From: Bryobacteraceae bacterium
Lineage (GTDB): Bacteria; Acidobacteriota; Terriglobia; Bryobacterales; Bryobacteraceae
DNA: 64,000 nt
Direction of reading: 5' to 3'
NCBI GenBank assembly: GCA_963825845.1
Contig: CAWGVL010000047.1
Coordinates: 40,416 to 104,415 of the forward strand
Shown here: piece by piece, positions 17,426 through 26,766 of the stretch
Layout: each line of letters begins with the position of its first letter
Numbering within the stretch: the stretch's first letter is position 1
Made by a program: the position numbers and the translations under genes
Notes under the pieces: generated by a model
Told to the model about the DNA's origin: nothing
Databases searched by the model: none
The model's input: only the letters and a program-made list of their open reading frames with translations

Positions 17426-20400
17426 ACCACCTGCTTTCCGGATCTGTAGGATCAAGCGAAACGCTACCCGCCCCGGCCCGCGATTGCAGAATTGCATAGA
17501 GTCCGGGCAATACGAGCAGGGTCGCGAATGTCGCCGCTACCAGCCCGCCAATAACCGCACGGCCCAGCGGAGCAGTCTGCTCAGCCCCTAGCGCAATCGG
17601 GATCATGCCCGCGATCATCGCGGTTGCGGTCATTAACACGGCCCGAAGCCGGTCCCGAGCGCCAGTAGCGGCGGCTTCCACTGCATTCCCGGTCGCTACT
17701 CGGGTTCGCTCCGCAAAGCTGACCAGCAGAATCGCGTTCGCGACGGCGATGCCCATCGCCATAATCGCCCCCGTGAACGATTGGACGTTTAGGGTCGTAT
17801 TGGTAAGCAACAACGCCACAGCCACACCCAATAAGACAGCAGGCAGCATCAGCACAATACTCAGTGAGAGCCGGAACGATTGAAAGGCTGCGGCCAGCAA
17901 CAGGAATATTGCTCCGATTGACAGCGCCAGCCCTAGACGAAGGCCGCTCAGCGTCTCCTCCAATGGGGGAATCTGGCCACGCAAGTTCACGGTCACGCCG
18001 CGAGGAGGAGTTCCTGCCCGCTGAACAGCCGCTCGGATCGCCTTCGAGGCATCTCCCAGCGGCACACCCTCCACGTTGGCCGTGAACGACACCACGCGCT
18101 GCATGTTGTAGCGATCGATCTCTCCCGCCGTTTTTCCCAGCTTCACACTAGCGACATCTCCGAGCAGAGGGCGCGTTCCTCCGTTGGACATCACTGGGAG
18201 ATTCCGAACATCATCGACCGAAGCCATGCGGTTCTGCGGGATCTCCACCTGAATCTGGAACGCGTTGCCGCTCGCGGGGTCACGCCAATAATTCGGCTCG
18301 ACAAAACGGCTCGAAGACGTTGCCGCCACCAGTGAGCGCGTCACGTTGGATGCTGTCAGTCCATACTGCCCTGCCCTGTCGCGGTCGACCGCGACTTCTA
18401 GCGTCGGATAATCGAACGGCTGTGAAGTTTCGAGGTCGCGAAGGAACTTCAGCTTCACCAGTTCCGCCCGGACTTTCTGTGCATGCTCGCGATTGGCCCC
18501 CATCGCCGGACCTTGTATGGCAACCTCAACCGGAGTGGGTGACCCGAAGCTCAATACCTGACCGATAATGTCACCCGCCTCGAAGCTGATGGCCGTGTCC
18601 GGCATCGCTTTCGCGAATCGGGCCCGCAAGCGTTCATTCAGCTCCTCGCCCCTGAACGGGCGCCCGGCTTGAGCGCCACCTTCAACACCGCTTCATGCGG
18701 GCCAGCCGTCCACAGATAGATCGTATTGATTGGATAACTGGGAGGCTGAACACCGATAAATCCCGTGCTGATGGCCACGTTGTCCGCGCCCACCTCCTCC
18801 CGGATCACATCAAGGGCCCGCAGCGCCATCACTTCCGTCCGCTCGATTCGGGTACCCGTCGCGGCCCGCAGCCGGATCTGGAACTGATTCGTGTCGGCGG
18901 ACGGAAACAATTCCGTCCCAATACGTGGCAGAAGTATCCATAAACAGAACCCGACCACCACTGCATACCCCATCGTCGCCAACCACCGGAAGCCGAGCAC
19001 GCGATCCAGAGTTCGGCCGTATGCCGAACGCAACCTGGACTGGCGTTCACCTTGACTGGAGCGCTCTCGCATCAACCAGACGGAAAGCACGGGCACAACC
19101 GAGCTCGAGAGCGCATACGATGCCAACATCGCGAAACCCACAGCCAGAGACAGCGGCACGAACAGCTGCCTCGCGATCCCAGCCATAAACAAGGAGGAGA
19201 CAAACACCGAAAGGATGCAAAGCATCGACAGCAATCGCGCCGTCGCGGTCTTATTGGCAGCATTCAGCACAGCGTGTGGCCGGGAGAGTCCGGCCGACAT
19301 ATGGGTATGGATGTTCTCGATCTCAACCGTAGCTTCATCGACCAAAACGCCCACGGCAAGCGCCAGTCCGCCAAGAGTCATGATGTTGATGGTTTGGCCG
19401 AATGCCCATAACATCACGACGGAGGAGAGCAGCGCGATCGGGATCGTGGTAATGACGATCAAGGCGCTGCGCCAATCGCGCAGGAAAAGCAGGACGACCA
19501 GTCCGGTCAACACCGCCCCAAGTACACCCTCGTTGATCAAGCTGCGAATCGCGTCCACCACATACCGCGATTGATCGAACTCGAGGCTGATTTTCACGTC
19601 CTGCGGCACGACCGCTTGCATAGCAGGCAGCGCTCGTTTCACACGATCGATGACGGCCAACGTGCTCGCATCGGAACGTTTGGTGACAGGAATGTAAACG
19701 GTTCGCTTGCCGTTCACATGAGCGTAGCCTGTGACGATATCGGTGCCGTTCTCGACGATCCCGATGTCTCGCAAATATACATTCGGTCCGTTTCTCGCAC
19801 GAACAGGAGCATCCATCAGTTCCGGCAAATTCGCGCCTATTGTTGCGTTCGTTGACGCGAACCGGGTTACATCCCCGGTGCGCACGTTGCCGGAAGGTTG
19901 CACACTGCTGGAGGTATTGACGGCAGCAATCGCCTCCCCTGGCGAGATGCCATACGCGCGCATCCGATCAGGATCGAGACGAACGACAATCGTCCGCTGA
20001 TTCCCGCCAAATGGCGGAGGCGCTGAAACACCTTGCAATGTCGCAAAGAGCGGACGCACGCGATTAAGCGCGAAATCCTGCATCTCTCCGGGCGAGCGCG
20101 CAGGACTCGAGAACACGAGTTGTCCGACTGGTACGCTACCCGCATCGAATCTCGTAATGAACGGAGGAACAGCGCCCGGCGGCATGAACGCGCGCGAACG
20201 GTTTACATACGCAACCACTTCCGCCATCGCCTGATTCATATCCGTGTCCTCATGAAACACGAGCTTCATCAGGGCGACGCCTTGGATGTTCTTCGATTCA
20301 ACGTGTTCAATGCCAGTGATGTAGAGGAAGTGATACTCGTAGTAATACGTGAGGAAGCCTTCCATCTGCGCGGGATCCATGCCGCCATACGGCTGCGCCA

Positions 20401-20539
20401 CATAAATAGCCGGATCACCGAGCTTTGGAAAAATATCTGCCGGCATGCGGCGAATCGCCAATCCGGCTGCGAGCACGATCGCGAGCACAGCGACCGCTAC
20501 GCTTACCGGTCGGCGCATGGCTCCAATTACGAGCCACAT
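17412..20539 (-). pseudogene. efflux RND transporter permease (AcrB/CzcA superfamily), one frame break near 18665
   Basis: ORFs 18638-20539 (633 aa) and 17412-18629 (405 aa) are colinear halves. ...VLKVALKPG continues in a neighbouring frame as [31 protein letters not shown], so a single-base indel in ccggg is implied. Confidence 0.9.
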
Positions 20540-21873
20540 TACTTCTGCACCTCGCTCAGGAACGGCTGCAGATCGCCCTGTGCAGCAGCCACCGCAAGCC
20601 GGGCCCGCCAGATATTCAGACGAGCCAGCGCATCATCGATCTCCGCGTTCGTGAGCAGGCGCTGCGCATCCGCCAATTCGGTCAAATTCGCCAGACCCGA
20701 TTCATACCGGGCTCGCGCCTGACGTTCACCCGCTCGCGCCGCATCCACTTGCGTCGGAGTTTGTGCCGCAATACGAATAGTTGCATCTAAAGCAGCCTCA
20801 GCCCGAAGTACGCGGGTACGAATCTCCAAGGCGATTTGTTGCTCGCGCGCCTGTTCCGTCCCAACGCGCGCCTGCTCGGCAGCTTTGCGCGCACGAAGAG
20901 AGGGAAATTCCAGCGCCGGAAACGTGACAGTCAGTCCGACAGCCCAGTTCTGAATATTCGGCCCGATGCCCGCCAGCGCGCCTCCCGTAGTCCCATCCGG
21001 ATTTGCGCCTGTGCCCCGAGCATAGCTCGATGCCTGTGTCATAAAACGGGGATACCAGCTTCGATCAAGAGCATGCGCCCGCGCCGATGCCTCTTTCAAT
21101 GCAGCCTGCTGCTCTACCAACAACGGATGCGTGGCTGAGGACGTCTGATCAAGCGCAGGAGTTCGGCGAGACAGATCCGTCTCGGCGGCTCCAAGGGCGA
21201 CCCCCGTCATTTGTTCGATGACGATCCTGGCTTCGCTGACCGCGCGCTCGGCTTGGATGACCTGCGTTTCCGATACCGACACATCCGCGCGGCTACGCGA
21301 AGCATCGGCGCCTGGCCGCAGGTCGGAGTTCACCAGGGCGACGACAATACGATCGACAGTTCGGGCACGGTCGCGCTGCGCCTCGGCCGCCCGAACGGTC
21401 TCCTGCGCGGCAAGATAGGTTAGATACGCATCAGCTGCAGCCGTGGCCACATCCAGCCGGGTTCTTTCTACCGCCGCATCTGCGCGTACCCGACCCGCCT
21501 CAGCCGCCTCGATATTCGCCCGTCGAAGACCGAAATCGAAAGGTTCCCAAGAGACAAGAAACCCGACAGCGCTCCCCCAGACATTCGTCATGTCGTTCTC
21601 TGGGTTGGGCGGACCGGAGATCGTAGGTAGCGTCGATTGAGGGAGTAGCAGCCCGAAGATGTTGTTGCGGGTAGCTCGATTGATCTGCGCCAGAATATCA
21701 GCCCGCGGCAGATACGCCGTGCGCGCAAGTTGAATCGCAGCCGCCGCAGCCGCGGACTGCTGCTGTGAAACGCGGATGGACGGGTAGTTCTTTAACGCCA
21801 GATTGACAGCTTCGGGTAAAGTAGTGCCACTGAGCGCTGCTCCACACAGCACGGCCAGAATGCAGGCTCTCAC
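20539..21873 (-). CDS. TolC-family outer membrane efflux protein
   Basis: 444 aa, with the two-repeat OEP pattern ([13 protein letters not shown]...; [22 protein letters not shown]...). Its GTG start overlaps the lpxA stop, and its TAA overlaps the RND ATG by 1 nt. Confidence 0.8.
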   Translation of the reverse strand: MRACILAVLCGAALSGTTLPEAVNLALKNYPSIRVSQQQSAAAAAAIQLARTAYLPRADILAQINRATRNNIFGLLLPQSTLPTISGPPNPENDMTNVWGSAVGFLVSWEPFDFGLRRANIEAAEAGRVRADAAVERTRLDVATAAADAYLTYLAAQETVRAAEAQRDRARTVDRIVVALVNSDLRPGADASRSRADVSVSETQVIQAERAVSEARIVIEQMTGVALGAAETDLSRRTPALDQTSSATHPLLVEQQAALKEASARAHALDRSWYPRFMTQASSYARGTGANPDGTTGGALAGIGPNIQNWAVGLTVTFPALEFPSLRARKAAEQARVGTEQAREQQIALEIRTRVLRAEAALDATIRIAAQTPTQVDAARAGERQARARYESGLANLTELADAQRLLTNAEIDDALARLNIWRARLAVAAAQGDLQPFLSEVQK

Positions 21874-22658
21874 GGACGACAGATCCCTCTTTCACTTCCT
21901 CGAACGAAGTCGACGAGATGCCGGACATGCACGGAGCCGCACTCGGTCAGGATACGATCCAGAGCTTGCTTCAACTTCAGTCCGGACCGGTATAACAACC
22001 GGTACGCGCGCTTTAGTTGTGATATATCCTCATCGGAGAACCCCGCGCGCTGGAGCCCGACAACATTTATTCCCACGGGCGTAACATCAAACCCTGAGTA
22101 TAAGAAATATGGAGGCACATCCGCATTCACACGTGTGTTACCGCCAATCATGGCGAGCGCTCCGATCTTTGAAAACTGGTGAACGACGACTCCGCCCGAG
22201 ATAAACGCGCGATCCCCGATCTCCACGTAGCCGGCCACCAGGGCGCAACTGGCAATCACTGTGCCACTCCCGATCCGCGCGTTGTGCGCAATGTGTCCGG
22301 AGGTCATGATGTAGTTCTCATCTCCGATCGCCGTCTTCGTTTCAGGTTTTGTACCGCGCGAGATGGTGTAGTGCTCCCGGATTTTGTTGCGGCTGCCGAT
22401 TTCGAGATAGCTGCGCTCACCCGTGAAGGTTTTATCAAGCGGGTCCGTACCCAGGACAGTACCGGCCGAGATCTCATTCCGGTCGCCCATCGAGGTCCAT
22501 CGCTTCACGAAGACATACGGCTCGAGCAGGCATTCATTGCCCAGCACAACATCGGACTCAACGATGCAGAACTCACCGACCGAGCACTGGGGTCCAATGA
22601 CGGCGTCCGGATGGATGCGCGCAGTTGGAGCGATGTGCGCAGACGGGTCGATTGGCAT
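21870..22658 (-). CDS. lpxA: acyl-ACP--UDP-N-acetylglucosamine O-acyltransferase
   Basis: 262 aa. Hexapeptide repeats (IHPDAVIGPQCSVGEFCIVESDVVLG...) plus the LpxA C-terminal domain: PYFLYSG...GINVVGLQRAGFSDEDISQLKRAYRLLYRSGL. Confidence 0.9.
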   Translation of the reverse strand: MPIDPSAHIAPTARIHPDAVIGPQCSVGEFCIVESDVVLGNECLLEPYVFVKRWTSMGDRNEISAGTVLGTDPLDKTFTGERSYLEIGSRNKIREHYTISRGTKPETKTAIGDENYIMTSGHIAHNARIGSGTVIASCALVAGYVEIGDRAFISGGVVVHQFSKIGALAMIGGNTRVNADVPPYFLYSGFDVTPVGINVVGLQRAGFSDEDISQLKRAYRLLYRSGLKLKQALDRILTECGSVHVRHLVDFVRGSERGICRP

Positions 22659-22677
22659 TCCTTTGTATCATACAAGC

Positions 22678-23688
22678 GTGCTTGTAAAGGACATCGCGGC
22701 GCTGCTTGATTCGACCTTCGATGGAGAAGGAGATCGGGACATTGTTGGCGCTGCACCTCTCGAATCAGCGGGGGTGAATGAGATCAGCTTTGTAGGAAGT
22801 CGCAAGTTCGCCGATGCGGCAAAGACGTCGACGGCCGGATGCCTGATTGTCCCTCACGACTATGAGGCGGCGATAGGGCAGACGGTCATCCGCGCGGGTA
22901 ACCCAAGAGCCGCATTTGCCGCGGCGCTAGGCAAACTCTATATGGAGCCGGCGCCGCCCTCAGGAGCCCACGCCAGTGCTGTGATTGCTGAGTCAGCCAA
23001 GGTCCATCCGTCGTGTTCTATAGGTCCGCACGTGACGATCGGCAATGATTCCGTCATCGAGGAAGGTACGGTCGTAGGTCCAGGCTGCTCAATTGGCGCG
23101 TACGTGCGCATTGGTCCGGGATCCAAACTGCATGCGCGGGTCACTATATACACCGACATCTCCATCGGAGCCCGCGCCGTTCTGCATTCCGGCTGCGTCA
23201 TCGGAGCAGACGGCTTCGGGTTTGCGCTCACAGGGGACCGATACCAGAAGTTCCCGCAAGTCGGGCGCGTCGAAATCGGAGATGACGTGGAAATCGGAGC
23301 CAATTCCTGCATCGACCGCGCCGCCCTCGGAGTCACAACCATTGGGGAGGGCACAAAGCTGGACAACATGGTCCACATCGGGCATAACTGCCGCATTGGC
23401 AGGCACGTGGTCATTGCGGCGCAGACAGGACTCTCGGGCGCAGTGGTCGTCGAGGACTACGCTGTCATTGGCGGACAGGTCGGCATTGGCGATAAGGCTC
23501 GCATCGAGACGCGAGCGGTTCTGGGATCGGGCAGCGGTGTCCTTACGTCGAAGATCGTCCGCTCGGGTCAAGTTGTCTGGGGCACGCCCGCGCGGCCGCT
23601 CAAAGAGTACCTGCACCAGCTCGCGAACATGGCAAAGATTGCGGAACTCCGGGCGGAGGTAGCGGAGTTGAAAAAACGTCTCGGATGA
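22678..23688 (+). CDS. lpxD: UDP-3-O-acylglucosamine N-acyltransferase
   Basis: GTG 22678, in frame within ORF 22423-23688. VLVKDIAALLDSTFDGEGDRDIVGAAPLESAG..ISFV is the LpxD N-domain. Then long hexapeptide repeats, ...GADGFGF..., and a coiled C-terminus. Confidence 0.85.
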   Translation: MLVKDIAALLDSTFDGEGDRDIVGAAPLESAGVNEISFVGSRKFADAAKTSTAGCLIVPHDYEAAIGQTVIRAGNPRAAFAAALGKLYMEPAPPSGAHASAVIAESAKVHPSCSIGPHVTIGNDSVIEEGTVVGPGCSIGAYVRIGPGSKLHARVTIYTDISIGARAVLHSGCVIGADGFGFALTGDRYQKFPQVGRVEIGDDVEIGANSCIDRAALGVTTIGEGTKLDNMVHIGHNCRIGRHVVIAAQTGLSGAVVVEDYAVIGGQVGIGDKARIETRAVLGSGSGVLTSKIVRSGQVVWGTPARPLKEYLHQLANMAKIAELRAEVAELKKRLG

Positions 23689-24083
23689 TCGTTGTTGTCG
23701 GTGGCAGTTCCCGCAACGTAGGCAAGACCGGGGTGATGTGCGAAATCATCAGCGCGACTCGTGAAGCCGGGTGGACCGCGCTGAAGATCAGCCCCCATGA
23801 CCACCAGCCCGGTCACTTCGGAGACACAGATCGCTTCGCCGCCGCAGGAGCAGTGAACTCGGAACTTCTTAAAGACCCGAATGCGTGGACCTCTTTCGAA
23901 GGCAACTTGATCATCGAGTCGAATGCAATCCTCGATGTTATGACACCAGACGTATTCGTCTTCGTGGCAGGAAACGGCGAGTGGAAATCATCGGCGATGA
24001 AACATGCGGCTGAAGCTGATTTCACCGTTAGCGGTCACGCGACACCGGAACTCATCGAACGCATTTGCTCATTGCTCACATAA
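23685..24083 (+). CDS. small MobB-like P-loop protein (tentative)
   Basis: The ATG overlaps the lpxD stop (ATGA). MIVVVGGSSRNVGKTGV (degenerate Walker A) ...ALKISPHDH...DTDRFAAAGA...LIIESN parallels MobB blocks (GKTT / IKHxHH / DS..AGA / LVEG), recalled from memory. Confidence 0.4.
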   Translation: MIVVVGGSSRNVGKTGVMCEIISATREAGWTALKISPHDHQPGHFGDTDRFAAAGAVNSELLKDPNAWTSFEGNLIIESNAILDVMTPDVFVFVAGNGEWKSSAMKHAAEADFTVSGHATPELIERICSLLT

Positions 24084-24109
24084 TCAGCGCAGCCGATCAA
24101 GCGACCAGG

Positions 24110-25477
24110 TCATTCGCCCCCAAGCACCCGCAGCTGCTCTCGGCTAAACCGGAGGTCCTCGACGAAGCGGCGGTACTCCTCCTCCTGTCGCTCGGGTACC
24201 CGAAGGATAAAGGACGGGTGCACGGTCGCGGTCACTCCCATCGAATGCCTGTGACGCACGACTGTCCCTCTCAATTCCGAGACCTTCGCCACGCGTCCGA
24301 CCACCGAAAGAACCGCTGTATTCCCGAGGCAAACGATGAGCTTGGGACGAATCAAAGCCAATTCGGCTTCGAGCCAGGGCTGGCACGCCGCAATTTGTCC
24401 CCGGGTTGCCGTCTTATGGATTCGAGCCTTGCCTCGCTCCTCAAAGCGGAAGTGCTTGACCGCGTTCGTCAAATACACGGAGCCGCGGTCGAGTCCGACC
24501 TCCCCCAGGGCACGATCCAGGATTTGCCCCGCGGGTCCAACGAACGGCATTCCTTCGCGATCCTCCTGGTCACCCGGCTGTTCGCCGACCAGGACCATCT
24601 TGGCATTCGGCGGGCCATATCCAAAGACCGGCTGGGTCGCAGATTCACATAGCTCGCACCCGCGGCAGTTACGAACGGCTTCGCGCAGTACCGGAAAACT
24701 GGCATTCGTCGGAACGAACTCAGCCGCTGACCTTGGGTTCGTTTCGCACATTCGGCGTTCCCGAGACCTCGCGTCCACGATCAGGCCCGGCGCAATGGAC
24801 GTCTCGGGCATCGTCGCCCAGTGCCGGCCCGGAACGTGAGTTCTGAGCAATTTTTCATTCACTCGAGCCGGGTTGAAAATCGATGCGTAATAAGCGCGCC
24901 AAAGCTCCTCCAACTCGTCGTCAGACGGAGCCTCCGACGCCGGAACTCCCGGACCGAAAGTGAGTTCAGCCAGATCCCAGTGCGCGCTTTGATCGGGCGT
25001 GAGGATGCTCCATTTCATCGACCCGAACCGCTCCGCAAACCAGGGGGCCATCCTGTCAACGATGAAGTGATCGGGCCGATGCCACGCGACGTAGCGATCG
25101 CCCACCTGCCGAAACCGGACGAACGCCTTCATGCGGTGCATATCGTGATGGATCTGCTTCTGCATCGTGTACAGGCGGCTGACGTCGGGGTCGCTCTCGA
25201 TTTCGAGTAAATGACGTTCACCGTTCACCGTTCGGAACAGCACACGATAAAGCAACGCCCACTTCGCTTCATCGCGATGGCACGCAATTCCTTTCGCTAC
25301 GTCAAGAAAGGCCTTGGAAACTGTGATCGCGCGACCGGTTGGCGGCGGCATCTCAGCAGCAAATAAAGTCGGTTCGGACGTCCACAGAACGTCTTCTGGC
25401 GGCACACCGGCGGAGAGCAACTGGCGAGCCGCATCCCGCCAACCCGCAAAAGTGCGCTCAAACGCCGCGACGATCAC
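24110..25477 (-). CDS. fusion protein: DUF4130 (probable DNA metabolism protein) N-terminal domain + family-4, UdgX-like uracil-DNA glycosylase C-terminal domain
   Basis: N-terminal half: HDMHRMKAFVRFRQVGDRYVAWHRPDHFIVDRMAPWFAERF. C-terminal half: CRGCELC, VLVGEQPG (motif A), FVGPAG, YLTNAVKHFRFEERGKARIHKTAT, ATVHPSFILR (motif B). Confidence 0.8.
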   Translation of the reverse strand: MIVAAFERTFAGWRDAARQLLSAGVPPEDVLWTSEPTLFAAEMPPPTGRAITVSKAFLDVAKGIACHRDEAKWALLYRVLFRTVNGERHLLEIESDPDVSRLYTMQKQIHHDMHRMKAFVRFRQVGDRYVAWHRPDHFIVDRMAPWFAERFGSMKWSILTPDQSAHWDLAELTFGPGVPASEAPSDDELEELWRAYYASIFNPARVNEKLLRTHVPGRHWATMPETSIAPGLIVDARSRERRMCETNPRSAAEFVPTNASFPVLREAVRNCRGCELCESATQPVFGYGPPNAKMVLVGEQPGDQEDREGMPFVGPAGQILDRALGEVGLDRGSVYLTNAVKHFRFEERGKARIHKTATRGQIAACQPWLEAELALIRPKLIVCLGNTAVLSVVGRVAKVSELRGTVVRHRHSMGVTATVHPSFILRVPERQEEEYRRFVEDLRFSREQLRVLGGE

Positions 25478-26697
25478 AACTCACCCGTGACCGCGGCGAC
25501 CGTGGAATCGAAGAGGCTCATCTGGCGAAACGAGCCGGGCAGTGAAACCGTGTCTAGCCGCAGCACTGCCGGACTATAATCCGCCGCCACAATGAATGAC
25601 TTCGCTTTGCTCAGGGGCACTCGTAATTGAACAAGGTCCGCCAACCGCAGCCGTGCGTATCTGCGAATCTTCAACATTCGTTTGACATTACGCACGCCGA
25701 AGCCCGGGACGCGCAGAAGTTCCGCCTGCGACGCCTTGTTCACGTCAACCGGGAACCTATGCCGGTTTCGCAGCGCCCATTCGAGCTTGGGGTCTTTATC
25801 AAGCGGCAGGTTCGGCTGACCCGGGACGGTCAATTCTGACGAATCGAACCCATAGAAGCGCATCAGCCAGTCCGCTTGATACAACCGATGCTCCCGCACC
25901 AGCGGCGCACGATCGACTGGCAAGCGGCCGTCTGAATATGGGATCGGGCTGAAGCCGGAGTAGTAAACACGACGTAGATTGTAAGCGGAGTAGAGGTGCG
26001 CAGACGTCGTCAGGATCGTAGCGTCCGTAGTCTCCGTAGCGCCGACAACCATCTGGGTGCTCTGGCCTGCTGCATACGGCTGTCGTATCTCCTTCGCTTC
26101 GGTGATTCCGTCGCGGATCTGACTCATGGACGTCTCGATCTCGTTATGGCTTTTCGCCGGAGCGAGACGATCGAGGTCGGCTTGCGTCGGAAGCTCGATA
26201 TTCGCGCTAAGGCGATCCGCCCACCGCCCCGCCTGCAACAAGAGCTCACGCGATGCGCCGGGTACTGCCTTCAGGTGAATATACCCGCCGAAGGAGTGAT
26301 CTTCCCGCAGCGACCGGGCAACCTCGACGAGGTCTTCCATCGTGTAGTCAGGACTCTGAATTACCCCGGAGCTTAGGAATAGGCCTTCGATATAGTTTCG
26401 TTTGTAGAACTCGAGAGTGAGAGTAATGACTTCCTGAGGAGTAAAGCGTGCTCGTGGAGTGTCACTCGACACACGGTTCACGCAATATGCGCAATCGTAA
26501 ACACAGTAGTTTGTGAGGAGAATCTTAAGAAGAGAGATACATCGCCCGTCCGGCGTGTAGCTATGGCAGATTCCTACGCCGGCGCCATTGCCGAGCCCCC
26601 CTTCCGGCCTCTTCCGGTTTGAACCGCTGCTGGCACAGGAAGCGTCGTACTTCGCCGCATCGGCTAAGATCCGCAGCTTGGATTGCACATCCATCAC
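25474..26697 (-). CDS. putative DNA modification/repair radical SAM protein with C-terminal helix-hairpin-helix
   Basis: CVYDCAYCVN is a CxxxCxxC motif. HhH-like: ASQAELLRVPGFGVRNVKRMLKIRR. Its stop overlaps the start of the DUF4130/UDG gene (ATGA at 25474-25477). Confidence 0.8.
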   Translation of the reverse strand: MMDVQSKLRILADAAKYDASCASSGSNRKRPEGGLGNGAGVGICHSYTPDGRCISLLKILLTNYCVYDCAYCVNRVSSDTPRARFTPQEVITLTLEFYKRNYIEGLFLSSGVIQSPDYTMEDLVEVARSLREDHSFGGYIHLKAVPGASRELLLQAGRWADRLSANIELPTQADLDRLAPAKSHNEIETSMSQIRDGITEAKEIRQPYAAGQSTQMVVGATETTDATILTTSAHLYSAYNLRRVYYSGFSPIPYSDGRLPVDRAPLVREHRLYQADWLMRFYGFDSSELTVPGQPNLPLDKDPKLEWALRNRHRFPVDVNKASQAELLRVPGFGVRNVKRMLKIRRYARLRLADLVQLRVPLSKAKSFIVAADYSPAVLRLDTVSLPGSFRQMSLFDSTVAAVTGEL

Positions 26698-26766
26698 AGG
26701 AGAATACCAGGCGAAACTGCTCGTATTCTCTCATACATTGATGAACGACGTAAGCGAACGTAAGAT

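Noticed and set aside
22423-22677. The N-terminal 85 codons of the ORF-track lpxD ORF. Likewise the upstream extensions 10749-10898 and 11688-11849 of two ECF-operon ORFs, 46839-47930 beyond 47588, and 16355-17497 beyond 17425.
   Set aside because: The extensions overlap the neighbouring gene and lack family-typical sequence. Better starts exist downstream, with ribosome-binding sites, stop/start overlaps or signal peptides.
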